From Lama guanicoe (taxonomy: Eukaryota): a stretch of DNA of 42,134 nt. The DNA is taken from the NCBI GenBank assembly GCA_013239625.1, contig MU053482.1, forward strand, positions 3,139,168 to 3,181,301, in the 5' to 3' direction. How positions within the stretch are numbered: the first letter of the stretch is position 1; every line of letters begins with the position of its first letter. The notes beneath the pieces were generated by a model, which saw only the letters and a program-made list of their open reading frames with translations, was not told where the DNA came from and searched no databases. The translations under genes and the position numbers were made by a program. Below are positions 38,330 through 42,134 of the stretch, piece by piece.

Positions 38330-39135
38330 TTACATTTTTTAATTGAGTAATAGTTACTTTACAATGTTGTGTCAAATTCCAGTGTAGAGCACAATTTTTC
38401 AGTCATACATTAACATGTATATATTCATTGTCACATTTTTTTTTTCGCTATGAGCTACCACAAGATCTTGTATAGTTTTCCCTGTGCTATACAGTATAAC
38501 CTTGTTTATCTATTCTGCATTTTAAAATCCCCGTCTGTCCCTTCCCACCCCCCACCCCCTTGGCAACCACTAGTTTGTATTCTGTGTCTATGAGTCTGTT
38601 TCTGTTTTGTTTGTTTGTTTTTTTAGATTCCTCATATAAGCAATCTGATACGGTATTTTTCTTTCTCTTTCTGGCTTACTTCACTTAGAATGACATTCTC
38701 CAGGAACATCCATGTTGCTGCAAATGGCGTTATGTTGTCGGGTTTTATGGCTGAATAGTATTTCATTGTATAAATATACCACTTCTTCTTTTTCTAGTCA
38801 TCTGTTGATGGACATCTAGACTGCTTCCATGTCTTGGCTATTGTAAAAAGTGCTGCTATGAACATTGGGGTGCAGGTGTCATTTTGAAGTAGGGTTCCTT
38901 CTGGATATATGCCCAGAAGCGGGATTCCTGGGTCCTATGGTAAGTCTATTCCTAGTCTTTTGAGGAATCTCCATACTGTTTTCTACTGTGGCTTTCTTTA
39001 CTTTCCTCTTCCACTCTTAAATGATTTAGATGTCTTCTTTTACAATTTTGTGTTTATTCTTTTTATAATTCATGGCAGTTATCTCCTTTCCAGTTATAAG
39101 TTTCTCATTTTTGTAGCATCCTGCTTCTTTTCTAT

Positions 39136-40037
39136 TTAGAGTAGACCTGTGAATATTTCTTTTAGCATGCGTTTAGTGTTGCTAAACTCCTTTAGTTTTG
39201 CTTGTCTGTGAAGTTCTTTATCTCTCCTTCTATTCTAAAGGATAGCCTTGCAGGATAGAGTATCCTAGGCTGCACTTTTTTTTCATTCAGGACTTTGAAT
39301 ATGTCTTGCCACTCCCTTTTGGCTTGTAGTGTTTGTGTAGAGAAATCAGCTGAGAGCCTTACGGGAGTTCCCTTGTAACTCACTATTTGTTTTCCTCTTA
39401 GTGCCTTTAGGATCATTTCTTTGTCCTTGACTCTGGCCATCTTGATTATGATATGTCTTGGTGTGCGTCTGTTTGGGTTCTTCCTGTTTGGGACCCTCTG
39501 AGCCTCCTGTACTTGGATAACTGATTCTTTCTTTAGGTTTGGGAAGTTTTCAGTCATGATTTCTTCAAATACCTTTTCAATTCCCTTTGTTCTTTCCTCC
39601 CCTTCTGGAACCCCTATTATGCGTAGATTTTTTATATCTACATTTTATATTATCCCATAGGTCCCTTACATTGTTTTCATTGTTTTTTATTTGTTTTTCT
39701 CTCAGCTGTTCTGATTGGGTGCTTTTTGTCCTGTCTTCTAGGTCACTTTTTCGTTTCTCTGCATTATCTAGCCTGCTTTGTACAGCCTGTAGGTCAGCTC
39801 TCATCTCAGCACGAGTTTACTAATTCTACTTGGTTCTTCTTTATAGCTTCCATTTCATTTTTCACATATTTTATATCTCTAAACACTATTTCTTTTAGTT
39901 CCTTCAGTACTCTGATCAGTTCTTTTTTTAAAATCTTGACCTAGTATGCCATCAATGTCTATTTCCTTGATCATGCTTTCAAGGGATTTCTCTTGATCTT
40001 TTAACTGGGAGTAGTTCCTCTTCTTCATATTGCTCAT
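39136..40037 (-). pseudogene. Frameshifted L1 ORF1p
   Basis: Pieces MRADLQAVQSRLDNAE...LWDNIK (39577-39804) and MTENFPNL...QEAQRVP...TPRHIIIK...RLSADFS...PRILYPARLSFRIEGEIKNF (39192-39557) lie in different frames. Confidence 0.92.
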
Positions 40038-41364
40038 TGTTCTCTGGCACTGTGGCTTAGGGAATATCAGTTATATAGTTCTCCTGGAGATGGTGTGCTC
40101 TTAATGATTTTATCGAGAGGTCTTTATGTCTTCGCCCTATTTCATGTACTCAGCTTGCTGTTTCCAGAGCCCCTCTGTTGGCATCCTTGTCTGTGCTGCT
40201 CCCAGTGGCTGTTCGCTAGCAGATCGCACCCCCTCCTAACACTGGGTCAGGAGCTTAGCTCTTAACCTGGTGAGCGGGCAGGTCACCCCCCCGCCCCCCC
40301 GATGCCGCAGTCAGATGCTGCGCTCACTGGGAGGCAGGTAGGCGGACTGCACGCCCTCCCAGCACCGAGGTCAGGTGCTGCGTTCCTGCCAGGAAGGAGA
40401 GTGGCCACTCACCCTCTCTTGGCACGGGTTGCTCTGCTGCTCTGTGCAGCTGCCCGCTCCGCCTCTGGTCGGCGTTCCGAAGGCAGGCTCGGGGAAGACC
40501 GCAGAACAGCCCTGCCCCTTCTCCGAGCCGAATCTCAGCTCCTTGTTTGTCTTGGTGGCGCAAGTTCTCTGAGGTGCCAGGGCAGAAAGATTCTGTCTGC
40601 CTTGGGCTGTAAACAAGTCTCAGTCCTGCCTAGGAAGTTACAGAGCCCCAGGATGCGGATTCAGGGCTCAGCTCCGCCCCAACCCAGGCGCTGCACACAG
40701 GAGGAGATGGCGACTGTGGCTGCACCCTGCCTCTCTTCTCCCGAGAAGCGCCAGTAATGGCAGCGCAGGTCTGAGGAGACAAAGACTACAGCACCCCTCC
40801 CTCCAGGGCACACCAGCTGTGTTGCTTTGCTTTTTTCGATAATTATGGGGGACCAAGGTTGTTCTCCTCCGTATCATCTCCCAGCCATGGCGCACAGCCC
40901 CCTACAGTCCCCTGGGGCTGCATCAGTGTAGCTGCCCAAGTCCTCCACCCGGCTCAGGCAGTCTGTCCCGGCCCCAGCTGCTGGCTCGCATCTCGGGCTG
41001 GGTGTCACAGGGACCCTTTGTGCCCGTTTAACTCAGTTCTGTTGGTCAAGGGTGCTTGGGGCATATCTGAACCTCAGAGGCTCCCCACTCCATCCTGCTG
41101 GCCTCTCCATTGGAGAGGGGAGACCTAGTGAATGAGCGCCAGTCCTCCTTTGCCACTCCCTCCCTGAGGGATCGGTCCAGCACTGTTCTGCTTTTTCTTC
41201 TTTCTTTTTTCCCTTTTCTACTGCCAGATTTTTGGCGTCTTTGTCTTTTGAAGAGGGCGATGCTCTGTTGGAGTTCGGCAGGTGCTCTGGTTGGCTGAGT
41301 AGGTCCGTAGATGTGAGTTCTGGTGTATTTGTGGGAGAGGGTGAGCTACAAGCGTCCTTCTACT

Positions 41365-41375
41365 CCACCATCTTG
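41365..41375 (-). promoter_or_regulatory. YY1-type motif at the L1 5' terminus (CAAGATGGTGG, probably CpG-decayed CAAGATGGCGG)
   Basis: Lies ~10 nt from the element start, as in other mammalian L1 promoters. Confidence 0.65.
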
Positions 41376-41450
41376 CATATCTCTCTAAATAACTTCTTTT
41401 TAACCTGAGTGATGGGGATGACTTCTTACAGGCATCAGAAATAAGCATGG

Positions 41451-42134
41451 ACAGAGCAGCGGAGCTACCGGCGGCGCAGGCAGGGGGAGAGCGGCCCCCC
41501 GCCTGTCGGGCAGGAACACAACCCCTGACCGAGGTGCTGGGAAAGGGCACGACCCGCCCTCCAGCCTGGCCAGTCTGCAACATCTGACTGCGGCATCCCG
41601 AGGGGCAGTGACCCGCCTGCCCGCAGTAGAGGAGAGCTGCATCTGACCCCGTGTTAGGAGGAGGCGTGATCTGCTTGCCGACAGGTGCTGGGAGCAGCAC
41701 AGAAGAGGGCGCCAACGGAGGGCCTATGAAAACAAGCTGAGCTTCCAAACCAGGACAAAGACAGAAGGACATCACATTAAAAGCACACACACTCCAGGAG
41801 AACACCGACAAACCCCCCCCCACCCTTTTTTTGGTTTTTTTGTTTTGTTTTTTTTTTTGGTTTTTTGTTTTGTATTTTTAATCTGTTTTTACCTGTTCTA
41901 TTTTCAATTACTCTCTTAATTTTTACTTCTTAATTCATTTCTGTTTCCCTTCGGTTTTGATGTCCTGTTATTGATTAGACACAGGCTTCAAACACATATA
42001 TTCATCTAAAATCCTTAAAAAATAGACAACTGATACTCCATAAACCACAGTGCCAGAGAGGTATGAGCAAGATGAAGAAGCAGAGAAACCTTTCCCAATT
42101 AAAAGAACAAGAGGAATCCCCTGAAAGAAAAGAA
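41451..42134 (+). mobile_element. Young camelid L1, truncated within its CpG-rich 5'UTR, running off the window
   Basis: Homologous to the 5'UTR of the minus-strand L1 (acagagcagc..., ctgactgcggcatc, ccacagtgccagaga). T-rich tract at ~41826-41950. Confidence 0.92.
42063..42134 (+). CDS. Start of L1 ORF1p (MSKMKKQRNLSQLKEQEESPERKE...), partial
   Basis: ATG is at the position equivalent to the ORF1 start of the other copy and the frame is open to the window end. Intactness beyond the window is unknown. Confidence 0.75.
   Translation, partial: MSKMKKQRNLSQLKEQEESPERKE

Larger units (their letters stand above)
38275..41385 (-). mobile_element. Young camelid L1 with complete 5'UTR, ORF1 and 3' end but almost no ORF2 (half-L1/HAL1-like structure)
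   Basis: 5' start gagagatatgcaagatggtggag. ORF1 lies at 39136-40037. At ~38992 the inter-ORF spacer joins the ORF2 C-terminus. (AAAT)n tail at 38289-38331. 16-bp TSD taaataacttattttt (38259-38274) / taaataacttcttttt (41386-41401) at a TT|AAAA site. Confidence 0.93.

Noticed and set aside
714..39139. The many 60-100 aa ORFs in the supplied track
   Set aside because: They fall in decayed repeats, microsatellites or low-complexity DNA. None resembles a host protein, and there are no prokaryotic-type genes, operons or CRISPR arrays.
40302..41823. Long ORFs (151 aa at 40302-40757, 201 aa at 41218-41823) as ORF0-like antisense L1 proteins
   Set aside because: GC-rich 5'UTRs have few stops. From the shared ATG (ATGCCGCAGTCAGAT) the two L1 copies diverge in frame and length, and the 201-aa ORF crosses two separate insertions.

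Overview
Mammalian nuclear DNA, almost certainly camelid (alpaca/llama/camel), based on three tRNA-derived Vic-1-type SINEs and young L1 ends that resemble camelid L1s. The window is AT-rich and made mostly of interspersed repeats: young and ancient L1s, L2, MIR, a Charlie1a-like hAT element, MADE2, LTR33 and an MLT1 fragment. Most L1s and all three SINEs are on the + strand, which weakly suggests a long intron of a minus-strand gene. I recognise no host protein-coding exon; a pair of phase-compatible candidate exons at 4785-4982 is the best guess. Almost all ORFs in the supplied track are L1 remnants or chance ORFs. The most interesting signal is a TSD-flanked L1 at 38275-41385 that has a 5'UTR, ORF1 and 3' end but lacks almost all of ORF2. 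It shares two ORF2 stop codons with an independently inserted copy at 317-983, which points to a non-autonomous half-L1 (HAL1-like) family that spread in this lineage. Repeat subfamily names come from my recall of consensus sequences, not from a search. Boundaries of old repeats are approximate.
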